A stretch of 63,478 nt of DNA, counting the filler, from Ministeria vibrans ATCC 50519 (Eukaryota; Protista; Filasterea): assembly GCA_943704425.1 (NCBI GenBank). It is 9 parts of 9 records of this genome, joined end to end, with 100 filler letters (N's around TTAATTAATTAA, not from the genome) between each part and the next. Parts side by side here need not be neighbours in the genome. Positions count along the whole stretch, not along the records: positions 31,956 to 40,827 come from CALSCP010000996.1; positions 40,928 to 52,519 come from CALSCP010000186.1; 7 more parts are not named here. One strand, given 5' to 3'. Position numbers and translations under genes: made by a program. Below are positions 35,156 through 46,438 of the stretch, piece by piece; the stretch's first letter is position 1, and every line of letters begins with the position of its first letter. Below the pieces are notes generated by a model. It did no database searches. It saw only the letters and a program-made list of their open reading frames with translations, and was not told where the DNA came from.

Positions 35156-36312
35156 CCCTACATGAAAAAGAGAAAAGGTGTGAACGACGGCAGGAAGGTA
35201 ACCAGAGAAAGATTAATCGACTCAAGGTGAGGCGCTAGCGCTGGCACTGGCGAAAGAGCTCTGCAGGACACTTTTTTTTTGCATCGAGTTTTGGATTTTG
35301 AATATCTCAAAGCGAGAGACGTTTCAACACACCCTCAGATGATGGCACGCAGATACTGCGGTCCTTGTGTAGATGCATGGTATGGTTCCCGCAGTACCTG
35401 GTGCTCCTGAGCCTAGTTTCTTGATGTCGTAAGGTAAAGTTTGCAACGTCACACAGACGGCAGAGCAACAAAAAATCGTTTGGGACTCCTCTGTGTTGCC
35501 AACTGTTTAACGGTGCAGCAGAGAGGACGAAGGTTAATAAAAAAAAAATGCCCAAACTGCAAAAGTCAAACTCCGTTGGTGTTGCGAGGATCATGAGTCG
35601 CGAAAAAAAAAAATCGCGCATTCCACATTCCAAGCCTATTTTTTTAAAAAAAAAAAAAAAAAAAGATGATTGCACTTCGATTGCACCAACAAATGACAGT
35701 CAGGACGCACGAGCGTATGGGCCGCTTAGTGGCGTGTCCCCTGATGGCTGGTGGGCGTCATGGCGCGTTGCCACGATGGCTGTAAATGCGTGAAGCGGGG
35801 CGACGGTGAGAGCGAGGGCGGTGGGAACCGTCGGACAAGCGTATCACACGTCCTTACAAGAAAAGGTGGGGAAAAAAAAAAAAACGGCAATCACAATCAC
35901 TTCGACTCAGTCTGAGTTACTCTACTCGCCGACTCTCTTGCTCTTGATTCTTCCTTGCTCTTGAGTCTTGTCAAATGTCAATGCTAACAATAGTGTCAGC
36001 CGCCCCCGCGCGAGGACCTTGCTTGGGCCTTGCTTGCACCGGCACACCTCGCGAGACCCAAAATGGAACCCATTGGTAAATTAGTACATAATAGGTCAAG
36101 AATGAATAAAGATGTTCAGCGGATGTATCATCTCTCGTGCATGGGGGAGTGGTGAAACTGATGAGAAGGGCTGCGGCAGCTTAGTCAATATGGAGGCATT
36201 ATCGCGACCTGGGCTCTGTATTCTGACGGTATTTCTCACCTTGTCACTCTTCTTCTTTTGTGGCACTATTGAATACTACCATGCTCCTTTTGTACCTCTC
36301 TCCCTATCACTT

Positions 36313-36405
<93 letters not shown>

Positions 36406-36498
36406 GTTTGGTGTTTGCTTCTATTTATGTGGTTCTGGTATAATTTCGCTATCGCGTTACTCGCGTTTCGTTTGTGATGGGTGAGAAACTCTTTTTGT

Positions 36499-37569
36499 TC
36501 ATTTTTTTACAACAGCACTGCGCTTTGATCTTTTGGCAGGAGCAGCATTCACAGCAGCGGCAGATGGCTTGGAGGCGGGCGCTGCCTTCGGTGTTGCCTT
36601 GGCCCTCTTGGCCGTCGGTGCCTTCGCTTTAGTAGTGGACGTTGTTGACGGAGAGGCGTCATCTCCAGGGAAAGAATAGTCGATACCAGCGGCGGCCAGG
36701 CGTGCGCGCTTTCGTTTGTCGGCGCGGTCATGACGACCATGCAGTGTCGACAGTTCCGCCTCGTCTCGCTCGCGATTGTGTCGATGTCGTTCGCGTCCCT
36801 TTCGAGGCTGCGAGTGTCCTCGTCGGTTGGCCCCGTCAAACATTTGGGCGTGGACTTTGTCACTCTCCAGCAGTTCGCACTTGAGCGTACGATCAAACAG
36901 CAGGTAGTTGTTCATGGCACCCACAACGAGCTCAGCAACCTTGCGAAATTGGAACTCGATAAACGCATAGCCGCGTGAACGGCCTGTGCGACGACTGCGT
37001 GACAGACGAAGGCGCGTCACGGTGCCAAACTGTGAGAAGAAGTCGCGCATGGGCCGCTCGTAAAAGCCAAAGGGGATGTGGCCGACATACACAACGCCGC
37101 GGCCGGTAGTGTCCACTACGCTTTGACTTCTTCCGTCATGCTCGATCTTGCGGGCCTTGGTCTGCGCGGCTTTGACCGCGGGCGCCGTGTTGAGACTGGC
37201 GACGACGGCCGCATTCTCTGCGTCGTCGCTCTCGTCGTCGTCGTCGTTGTCGTCGCCCCCGTCGCTCAGATCGTCTCCTTCGGCTTCGTCAAAGACACTC
37301 ATGGGCGTCACGTCGGCTGCGGGTGCCTCTGGTGGGCGAGGGGGGGGGAGAGGAAGAGGGGAAGGACCGTTGTCAAAAAAGAATCAAACTGAAAAATACA
37401 CGTGTACGACAAAACATTCCCCTGCGCACCCCTGTACGTCTGACGTTTGGGCCATTCTTACCTGTGGCTTCCTCGAGGCGGTGCGCCTTTCTTTTTCCGA
37501 CAGCTGAGGAGAGAATGAGGATGAGAAGAAAAAAAGGTCAACTTCAAGTGGTCCGGTACCTTTCGGCAT
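36499..37569 (-). CDS. NIFK: NIFK/Nop15 nucleolar RRM protein (60S biogenesis)
   Basis: GVVYVGHIPFGFYE..FFSQFG.V.RLRLSRSRRTGRSRGYAFIEF..VA..V..AMNNYLLF..L.C; two small 5' exons (ATG at 37569). Confidence 0.9.
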
Positions 37570-37849
37570 GTGAGTCTCCAGGTCTCGTTTCTGTGCAGCT
37601 TCTCGTCAGGAGGAGGCGCGTTAATATGAGTGTGATTGATGAATAATTGAATATGATCATTTTTCTATTGAAGATGAATTTCTAATATCCGAGTGTTCTA
37701 AGACGAACGGAAGACTGACCCCCAAAAAAATTGGGGTGCTCATATGCTCAATTGCTCATAAGTCATATGCCCAGTTATTGCCCACAAATGTAACAAGTAT
37801 GCGCTCAGTCCCTTTTACAGCAAGCGTACGAATAATTCACTTTGAAGGG

Positions 37850-39950
37850 AAGATGACAGTGCCTGTGGGCCAACATCACAGCAAGAAGGCCTTCGGTGGC
37901 CGCCAGGGATGGAAACACCAAGGCAGGAACCCGCTTAAGCGTGTGGTGTAGATCATTGTAGTCAGTGGTTTCAATGGTGCACACATTACACCCCAGGCAG
38001 GAGCTCCGCAAGGGGGTGGATATTTAGGTTCCCTGAGAGTCTCAGCCAACCCCCCAACCCCCCCTCCCCACCTCGTGAAGGAAGCCGTGGGTCGCGCCAA
38101 GAAGTTGATGGCGGACAAACAAGTGGGTGGCTGGGGGCGGAGGCGGAGGCGGCTGTGCGTTGGCAGAACATGCTGTAATGGCGCTGAGACAGGCGAGCTG
38201 GTCCCCCTGAGCGGCCACCAGAGGGGTATTCCGAGAGGATTACGTCTCTGAGTAAAGCGTGAGCAAAGGACTTTGGAAGCAGCTTGGTACAGAGATAGCA
38301 TTGTAGAGTGATCTATGGAATCCCGGGTACCCCAACGGCGACAGCAGCTACAGTACACGGCGTTCGTCATGCGGGTGAAGCCAGAGCGGACGATTCCATT
38401 TCGCCACGTCCTCGCCTGATATGAGTTGGATGCTGAGTAATCGGAAGGCAAGTAGGGCGTCGTCCTGGACCAGAGTGACTCACGCACACAAAACAGGGAA
38501 AATCAAAAGCCTGGAGACCCTCCGAGCGGGACGCAGAAGGGAAACATGGCTTCACGACTACAACACACCCTCGGTGTCCACGATTCATGAGCGTAACTAC
38601 AGGCTGATCCGCACGGCACTGGGCGTACGGAACGGACGCCCCAGTGCCCAGACCCCTCTGGGACGGTGGATCGTCCGTGCCAGCACGATGGAAGAGAACA
38701 AACCCGACGCGGCGGTACTTCACGAAAGGCGGTGTAGGTGAGGACTTCAGCAGGCGGAAGAACCTCAGGGAACGGGCGGGGCGCAAGCGGATTTGGCTCC
38801 GGGCCCAGTGGTGGTGGCGACGGACGGTGCCTTTGTGCAGCCGTCTACATCCCATCTGATACTGTAGCAACCTAGACGCTGCCCGCCCCGCCGACTCGTG
38901 CACAGACGCACTGGACCATGCGCTACCCCTTTTACGCGTACAGAAGCTACCAGCCGGAGCTCTGGGCAATCTGTATGACAATGTGGTACAGCAACCCCAC
39001 CAGCAAACTGAGAATTTGGATAGACAACGAAGCGGCGTGACGACGGCCAACCAGCTCCTTACAGACGCGGTGGGGCCCAGGGACACCAGAAAGCCGCAAG
39101 ACGGGGGTGCCTCAGTTGTGGCGCTACGACAGCCCCCTGTGACAACAGCTCTATCACTAGATGCCGTGCGGCAGCGCCGCGCGCCGACGCGGGTGGAGCA
39201 CGTCAAGGCGCACGTCTCGCCGCCGACACGGGAGGAAGAGGCATGGAACAACAGGGCCGATGCGATATTATCGCCGCCGATTGATAATGTACGCTTGCGT
39301 GACGCGGGACGACGGCAGAATGACGCTCTGTGAGCTGGACGAACGCATCTCGGGCAAGGTGACCACGGACCCTGAGCAACGTCTGTGGAGGGAGTGGGGA
39401 CAACACAGGACGCAGGGCGCTGTGGTGAGACAGTGCGACCGGTTATGGTTTGCGGCAATGAGCCTGGCCTATCTCCCACGATGCGCCGTTTCCTGGTCAG
39501 ACTGGTGAGCGACATCCTATCAGCTGTCAGTGTACAGATTAGGCGAGATCTCACCAGGTTCGCAACCTGCAGGTACTGCGCGGCGACGGAGACTACGGCA
39601 CACATCTTCGAGTGTGAGCGGCAGCCATTCCGGCCCAACAATAGCAGCTGCGATGAAGACATCCGTGCCCCCCTGCGGCTCTCGCTCCTCCGTTGGTGGT
39701 ACATGGGCCGGTCCCTACGTTTGGTCAGGAAAGCTTGCAAGGGTCAGCCCACCCTGCACCTGCTGTCTGGCTGCTGACCCTCCAGCATGACAGGACGCAT
39801 CCCGGCCTATGCGCGCAAGGATGCGGTTGCTGCAGCAAGACGGTGTCTCGATGCGGCGTACGAGCATTACAGAAAGTGTGCTTTCATCCCCTAGGTTTTC
39901 CAAAATAAAATTACAGAAAGTGTCAGCGGCACCATCAACGGCCCTAGCGG
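37850..39950 (+). mobile_element. Decayed non-LTR retrotransposon remnant (RT fragments, RNase H, CCHC knuckle)
   Basis: Motifs in order on the + strand with stops and frameshifts: KKAF, AGAPQG, YLG (RT); VVVATDGA and VEHVKAH..WNNRAD (RNase H); CRYCAATETTAHIFEC (C-terminal zinc knuckle). Intronless and compositionally distinct. Confidence 0.75.
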
Positions 39951-40093
39951 CTGACTTTTTACCATGAACCCGCTTTACCAACAACCCATCTTACCTCCCT
40001 TTTCTTTTCCTTACTTCTCTCTTCTCCCCCAATTTTCCTTGCCCCCTTTTCTCGTTTCCTTTTTGGGTGCGTGAATTTTTTCGTTAAAAGTAG

Positions 40094-40713
40094 GAGGCGT
40101 CTCGGCTGTGAGAATAGTCACTTGCCTGGATGACTGAGCCTACATGCAAGTCTCACAGAATATCCATTTCGGCCCATGCGGGCAGTCACTTTGGATGGCC
40201 AAGTAGATTTGTCTTGTACAATGAAGCTTTTGCCCTAGAGGACTTCCAAATATAAAAATACCCCCTATTTGTTCGCGTCCAGGCGTTCGCTCGTTCCTCT
40301 TCAATCATCTTCTCGTTATCCTAAAGCAACAGGATTGACTTTCGTCTCCTTCTGCGCGCACAGTCTCACGCTGCTGGCTGCCTTTCATGCTCCCGTGCCC
40401 CATCTTTATTTAATTAAACTTTCAGGTGACTTTCATGATACAAGCCAACATAAGACTCTCCGTCTTAATTACAACACTGCGACCAATTCCGAAGAACTCG
40501 TCGTTATCGCTCCTCCTGAACATTTCTGTTTCATCTTTATCCCTTACTATCATGACTCTCACACCCTTTTTCATGAGATGTTTAGTTTAAAATCATGAGA
40601 CGTATTTAGCTGCTGAGCATTTCACTTGCTTGGGTGAATGGCTCTGTATGCAAGTCTCTCGGAATCCGCTTCGGATGGCTAGATTGTCTTGTACAATGAA
40701 GCTTTTGCCCTAG
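40094..40713 (+). repeat. Two diverged direct repeats (~40094-40238 and ~40597-40713)
   Basis: Shared blocks TCACTTGC, ATGCAAGTCTC, GGATGGC and an identical TTGTCTTGTACAATGAAGCTTTTGCCCTAG. Confidence 0.85.
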
Positions 40714-40928
40714 CTAGCTAGCTTGACCTTCCAATCTCGGATCTCGCCCCCCAAAAATCGCAGATTCACTCATCAGCCTCACATCGGTTACTTAGTAGAC
40801 AACTATGATTGATTACGCTCTCTGGGGNNNNNNNNNNNNNNNNNNNNNNNNNNNNNNNNNNNNNNNNNNNNTTAATTAATTAANNNNNNNNNNNNNNNNN
40901 NNNNNNNNNNNNNNNNNNNNNNNNNNNC

Positions 40929-40991
40929 AGCGAAACACGTCCGTGCAATACCATCGCGTGTCCTGTCGACTGTGTTCTCTCGGACTGGACG
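40929..40991 (+). other. Fragment of tandem thrombospondin type-1 (spondin-type) repeats at contig edge
   Basis: Translates SETRPCNTIACPVDCVLSDWT, then breaks into an A-run and stop. Confidence 0.55.
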
Positions 40992-41877
40992 AAAAAAAAA
41001 GAATTATAATGGCAGAATCCAACTTTCAGTGTATACCTCGGATTCAGCGAGATTGCCATTTGAATTGCTTGTGCGAGAGTCGGCGCGAGGTAGGACACTC
41101 AACAGCCTATTCAGCGGCATGAATATAATTAATAATATTAATTAATTAATTATATTGACAGTTGACACAAAACTGAAACCAAACGTAGATCGATGCCGGA
41201 TGCAACCGGAGCAGACGCCGGCGAGGAGCCATAAGGTTCGCGGTCGCATTGCGGAGGGTTGCTACAAAACGGCGCTGACTTGCGTTGCCGCTGGCCATTC
41301 TCTCGCACTTGGCGTTGTCAGAGCGATACCGGGGGTGCGGGAGTTATAATAAGAAACAGTACGATCGTTTTAAAATATGACCGCAGCTGAGCGTGAGAAA
41401 GGCGACAGTTGGTCTACACCAGCGCAGCATGTGCGGAGTTGTTGCTACTTGCACGGCGCAGAGTGAAGAGTGAAGAGTGAGCGGTGTGGCTTATCACACG
41501 TTCTGACCACCAAGGGAAAGAGAAGAAATTTATGTCATACGCCACTCACAAGAAGGGTCTGGCGGTGTCGTTGCGCGTAATGGGTGGCACTGCTTGCTGC
41601 ATATGTCCGGACGCCGCTTTTGCCTGCGTCTGCTAAACCCTAGGCAGATCGTCGGGCCGAGATCGCTGTCGGATCTCCGCCTTCGCCTTTTTTTTTTTTT
41701 TTTTTCTTTCTTTTTCTAAATCCACTTCTTTGCGGCCGTTTCTGTTTTAAACGGACACCTTAGGTTACAATAGGGCCTTCCCGTTGGGTCTGAGAGTGAA
41801 TACTCTGCGCGAGCGTCGCGGTCGTCACAACTGAATCTTGACGGTCGGTTGGATCTGCGCAGCGTAGCGGCCGAGCC

Positions 41878-42792
41878 ATGGACATGTACCGGCAGTCGAA
41901 GCGAGAGGTGGCCAACTCTAATGAACGGTAAGAGGAGTGGGCGACGCAGCCGTCGCCGTGCCCGCTCTACCGCTACGACTGGTTTTCTTGATTTCGCTTG
42001 ATAACAAACGAATTGCTGTATGCCTGCGCTCCCCACCCAACTCTGCCCCTGTTGCGTCGTCACCGTCTCCGTCGCGCGATCTGGACTTAATCGCGCGTCC
42101 TATTATGGTTTCCCGGATAATCCAAGCCCCTTTCACCCTAAAAGGGCGCCGGCGCTGGAAAAAGAAAAAAAAATACACACAGGGCCGAACGTGGAAGTTC
42201 TGCCTTGGCGGGCCTCTATCGCGCGTCCCTGTGGTGTTTTCTGTTACTGTTGATCCGTAAGCGCGCGTGCAAAATGGACTTGAGGCGTCGACAGAGCCAG
42301 GGTTTGGATCTCCAGCCGTCTTGGCGTCGGGTCTTCCCTCAGGCCTCCTCCATCACACGCATCCGCGGTTTCCCTTTGGCGCACGCAGGCGACCACCACG
42401 AGCCACACCATGCGCTGCAGCCACGTTACCCACATGTGTGAACCATGCGTGTCTCCTCTGTGTGAACCGCCGCGTCTCCCGATCATTATTGTTATGTACT
42501 ATGTTTGGTTCATTCTATCACTTTGTTTCTCTCACTCGCTTTGTGTCTTTCGCTTCTCTCTATCGCTTTGTTTCGCTCCTCTTTCTCTCTATCACTTTGT
42601 GTTTCTCCTTCTTTTCTCTCTCATTTTGCCTCTTTTTTTTTCTTTCTTCTCTCTCACACACTTTATTTCTTTCTTCCTTCGCTCACTCTTTTTTCTCTCT
42701 CTATCACTTTGTTTGTTTCTTTTTTTTTCTCTCTCTCTCAATCACTTTGGTTCTTTCTTCTCTCGCTCTCTCTCTCAATCACTTTGTTTCTT

Positions 42793-42885
<93 letters not shown>

Positions 42886-44454
42886 TCTCTCTCTTCTCTC
42901 TCTCCTTCCACTTTCTTTCTCTCTCGTTTTCACATTGTTTCTTTCTCTCTTCCCTATCTATCTCTGCGTAGACGACGAATGGAAAACATCAACGCTGGCT
43001 TTGAGCGCCTGCGATCCCTGATTCCCGCGCTGGATCGCGAGAAAATAAGCAAGGCGGCAATCCTGCAGCGAAGCTGTGATTACATCGAGGCTGTTCAGAC
43101 ATCACTGCGACAGCTTCAGGATCAGGTGGTGAATCAACGGTCGCTCATCGACCGTCTGAAGAATGCCCTGTCGGACGACAAGCAATCACTTTGCCTCGCC
43201 GCCGACTGCGTTGACTTGCCCATGATCACCAATGTTCCGCTTCTTCCCCAATCCATTGCCACAACATCCACACTAGCGCAGGAGCATGGTCATCAAGGGC
43301 AACATTCCCCCCAACACAGCAGCACCAACCACTCCATGCACCACGGTGGTCGCAGCAGCACGTCCACTACCGCCAACCGACCCCACAACCATGAACAGCA
43401 GCAGCAGCAGCAACATCAGCACAGTCATAATAGTGGCAGTAGCACTGGAGGTCAACGGGACGCAACAAGTGCCCCCGACCATGACAATCACTGCGCGGAG
43501 ACAAGTCGCTCCTCTGACGTTCTTCGGGTGTTGCCGCGGCGCAAGCGTGCGCACCTTCATCTTCGCAGTCTTAGTGGTGAAGATGATATCGATGATGAAG
43601 ATTATCATATCGACGAGGACGACCAGAGTGACAGCTATCACATCGACGACGACGATTTGGACGAAACCAGCGAGCGCTCGGAAAAACACAGCAACGAAAG
43701 TACGCCCACGGAGAAGGCACGCAAGAAGATTCGTACCGAACAGCACCGTACTGGTGCCACTGTGCACGTGACCGCCGTGTCGTCCATGCGCGCGACAACA
43801 CAACCGAACCAGTATGTAGCGGTCGAAGCGCAACAGCGACAACGGCAGCAATCGCCGAAGCAGGGAGTAACTGGTTCACCACTTACGCCACAGCAGCAGC
43901 AGCCTCAATCGCAAGTTCAAGTTCCACCAAAGCCACAACCCATCGTCGAGCCGCCACGTATCTTTTCGTCTCCTCCCACACTCGCGGTAAATTCTCTAAA
44001 CGCCACAAACGGTGGTATACCTGGTGTCCCGTACGGCGTTGCCGCCAACTCGTACGGCGCCATGATGATGCCCAGCACTGAGTGGGCACCCTCCGACGCT
44101 CTCACCAGCGCGTCTGTGCCCACGTATTGCCCTCCAGGTTTTCCGACAACACCACAACACATGTTTTCTCACTACCAAGAGATACATCATCAACAACTGC
44201 AGATGCAGCAGCAACAACTGCAGATGCAACAGCAACAACATCAATCACTGCAGTTGGCCCCTCAGCATCAACTGCAGCTACAGCAACAGCAACAGCAACA
44301 GCAGCAGCACCAGTCGCCGCATCACCAGCTTCATCTCCAGCGACAGGGACAGCATCTGCCACTCTCCTCCCATGACTCATCGCTTCCTCCTCTGGCTCAC
44401 CCTGCGTCCCTTCCCGTTCCTTCCTTCTACAACTCGGTCAATCCGTACTCCTGA
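41878..44454 (+). CDS. TFAP4: AP-4-like bHLH-ZIP transcription factor with Q/H-rich tail
   Basis: Exon 41878-41927 plus exon 42972-44454 give KREVANSNER|RRMENINAGFERLRSLIPALDREKISKAAILQRSCDYI..L, followed by a leucine heptad. Confidence 0.82.
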
Positions 44455-44544
44455 GTCTCGCCCTCATTATCGTTGTAAATTATGTCTTCTTCTTTCATTG
44501 CATCTTTCTGCACTTTTACGAAAATACAATGGTTGGTCACACAT

Positions 44545-45908
44545 TCATGCGGTGGCAGTATCATCGAGTAGAATACGGTCAAGGACGGACACGTGCGAGG
44601 CGTAGTCAAAGGGAATGGAGTCGCCGACGTAGACGGCTGCAAGGGCAGCGGCACCGACTGCCGCCGACTGACTGAGACGCACCAGACGAACGCCCCTGGG
44701 CAGCAGGACGTGCCCATGCTTGCGCAGCACCTGTACAAAGCCAGGGCGTAGGAGCGGCCAGCTGAGAAAGACGGAGCCCACACACACCACTTGCAAGCCA
44801 TCGTCGGCAGCCAAAAGGCTCTAAGGAAAACAGAGCAAAGTAAGCGACAGTAAAGAAAGAAGGAACAACGCACAGCGCTTGCTTTGTGTGCCAGAGCCAC
44901 AATATGCTCGGCCAAGAGTCGCCCGGCCCGCTCCATACAATGTTGTGCCAGCGCATCTCCCGCCTCTGCAGCTTCCGCCACATGTACCGTAAAGCGCGCA
45001 AATTGCGCCTTATCAAAATTGCCATAAATATGCTTCAACATGTCCAGCTGTGTCGTCGCCTGTAGTCCCCCACCAAAAAAAAAATAGAAAATCACTGAAT
45101 CAATGCAAATATGCGCAATACGACTAGAGAGGTCCTACACCAAAATGCAAGTGCATGCGCCGCAGTAATTCTGATGGATTCCATTTCGCACGAGCCATGT
45201 CGCCATAGCCATCGAGCAGGTCGAATATGGAGCGAACAGCGTAGTGGGCAATGGACCAGGCGGAGCCGTCGTCACCCATGATATGACCCCAGCCACCACA
45301 TCGCACATTGACATCATGCTGCGGTTCAATCAGCAACGAATTGCTACCGGTACCTGCAATCAATACAACACCACCTGCAACCATCGTCCGGTCGTGAAAC
45401 TACGTTGCAGTGGGCACACAAAAAACCGCCTACCTTGGGCGCTGGCTGCCGCCAGAGAGCCCGTCGTGTCGGTGCACACCCGAACATTTGTGGCAATCTG
45501 TCCATTGAATCGGTCATGCAGACCAGATATGATGGCCTTCTGACCTTCTTCCTCTTCGCCGCCGCTCAACGAAAGGCACTACGTTGGAGCGAGAAGACGT
45601 CGACTCGGTGAGCAAAACACGAAAAGAGTCTTCTTACCAGCGACTTGAGAGGCGTGCTCGCATCAATTTTCGCATCAGACTTTGCGAGTTTAGTCATTTC
45701 AGCAATGTTTTCGAGACACGCGTCGAGCCCAATGACCTGAGAAAGCGATAATCAGCAACATGAGTGTTTTGCATTTCAGTGTTATGATTGTGCGCACCCA
45801 GTGGTTTGTGCCACCACCGTCGCTTTGGCCGACAATGTCACCCGCTTCGTTGACAATAACCATGTTTGAGTGTGTCGCACCCCCTTCTACACCGCCGTAC
45901 AGACTCAT
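44545..45908 (-). CDS. NAGK: N-acetylglucosamine kinase
   Basis: YGGVEGGATHS..GTNHW; G..LSG; DTTGSL; GGVVLIAGTGSN..RCGGWGHIMGDDGSAWSIA; KAQFARF..AEAGDALA; VVCVGSVFLSW. Confidence 0.93.
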
Positions 45909-46069
45909 CTCCAAATGCAGAGTGAGTGTGAATAAAAAAGTTGTGTGAAAGTAAAAAAAATTTGTTTGAGTGACGAGTAATTATAATCGTCAAATTGAAA
46001 AAATAAATAATAATATGAAAATAATTTCTACCCTTATCTCGTGTCAGACTCGTAGCAGTTTTTTGTCAA

Positions 46070-46407
46070 ATGTCTCGGCAGATGCGCGGGCAGTTGCAGA
46101 TCAATCCAATGCAGCAGGAGATGACCAACCAGAGCAACGTCAACGAAGAGGTCAGAAACGCCTCTGCTGTGATGGTGCCCTTACCCACGCCCCGTAGATG
46201 GACACGCTCAACGACTTCTTGCATGCCGCGTCGGAAGGTAGGCGTGCATTGCGCAGCCAAGCTGAACCCTAACCCAAACAACCCATTCTGCTCTCTGCGT
46301 AGGCGAACCCAGCACCTGCACCGTCCCTATCGACACACTGGTCAATCTTCATCAACAAGGTATACGCCTTTCAAGACACCCCTTGTTTCTACGTCGCAAT
46401 CCCAAAA

Positions 46408-46438
<31 letters not shown>

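Noticed and set aside
37876-38487. Minus-strand LSLYQAASKVLCSRF resembling an RT motif (possible 5' inversion)
   Set aside because: All other retroelement motifs are collinear on the + strand on both sides, so this is probably chance.
42267-42971. Hydrophobic SLSLSL ORFs and the N-terminal 155 aa of the 649-aa ORF
   Set aside because: Translation of an intronic CT microsatellite; the real exon starts at 42972.
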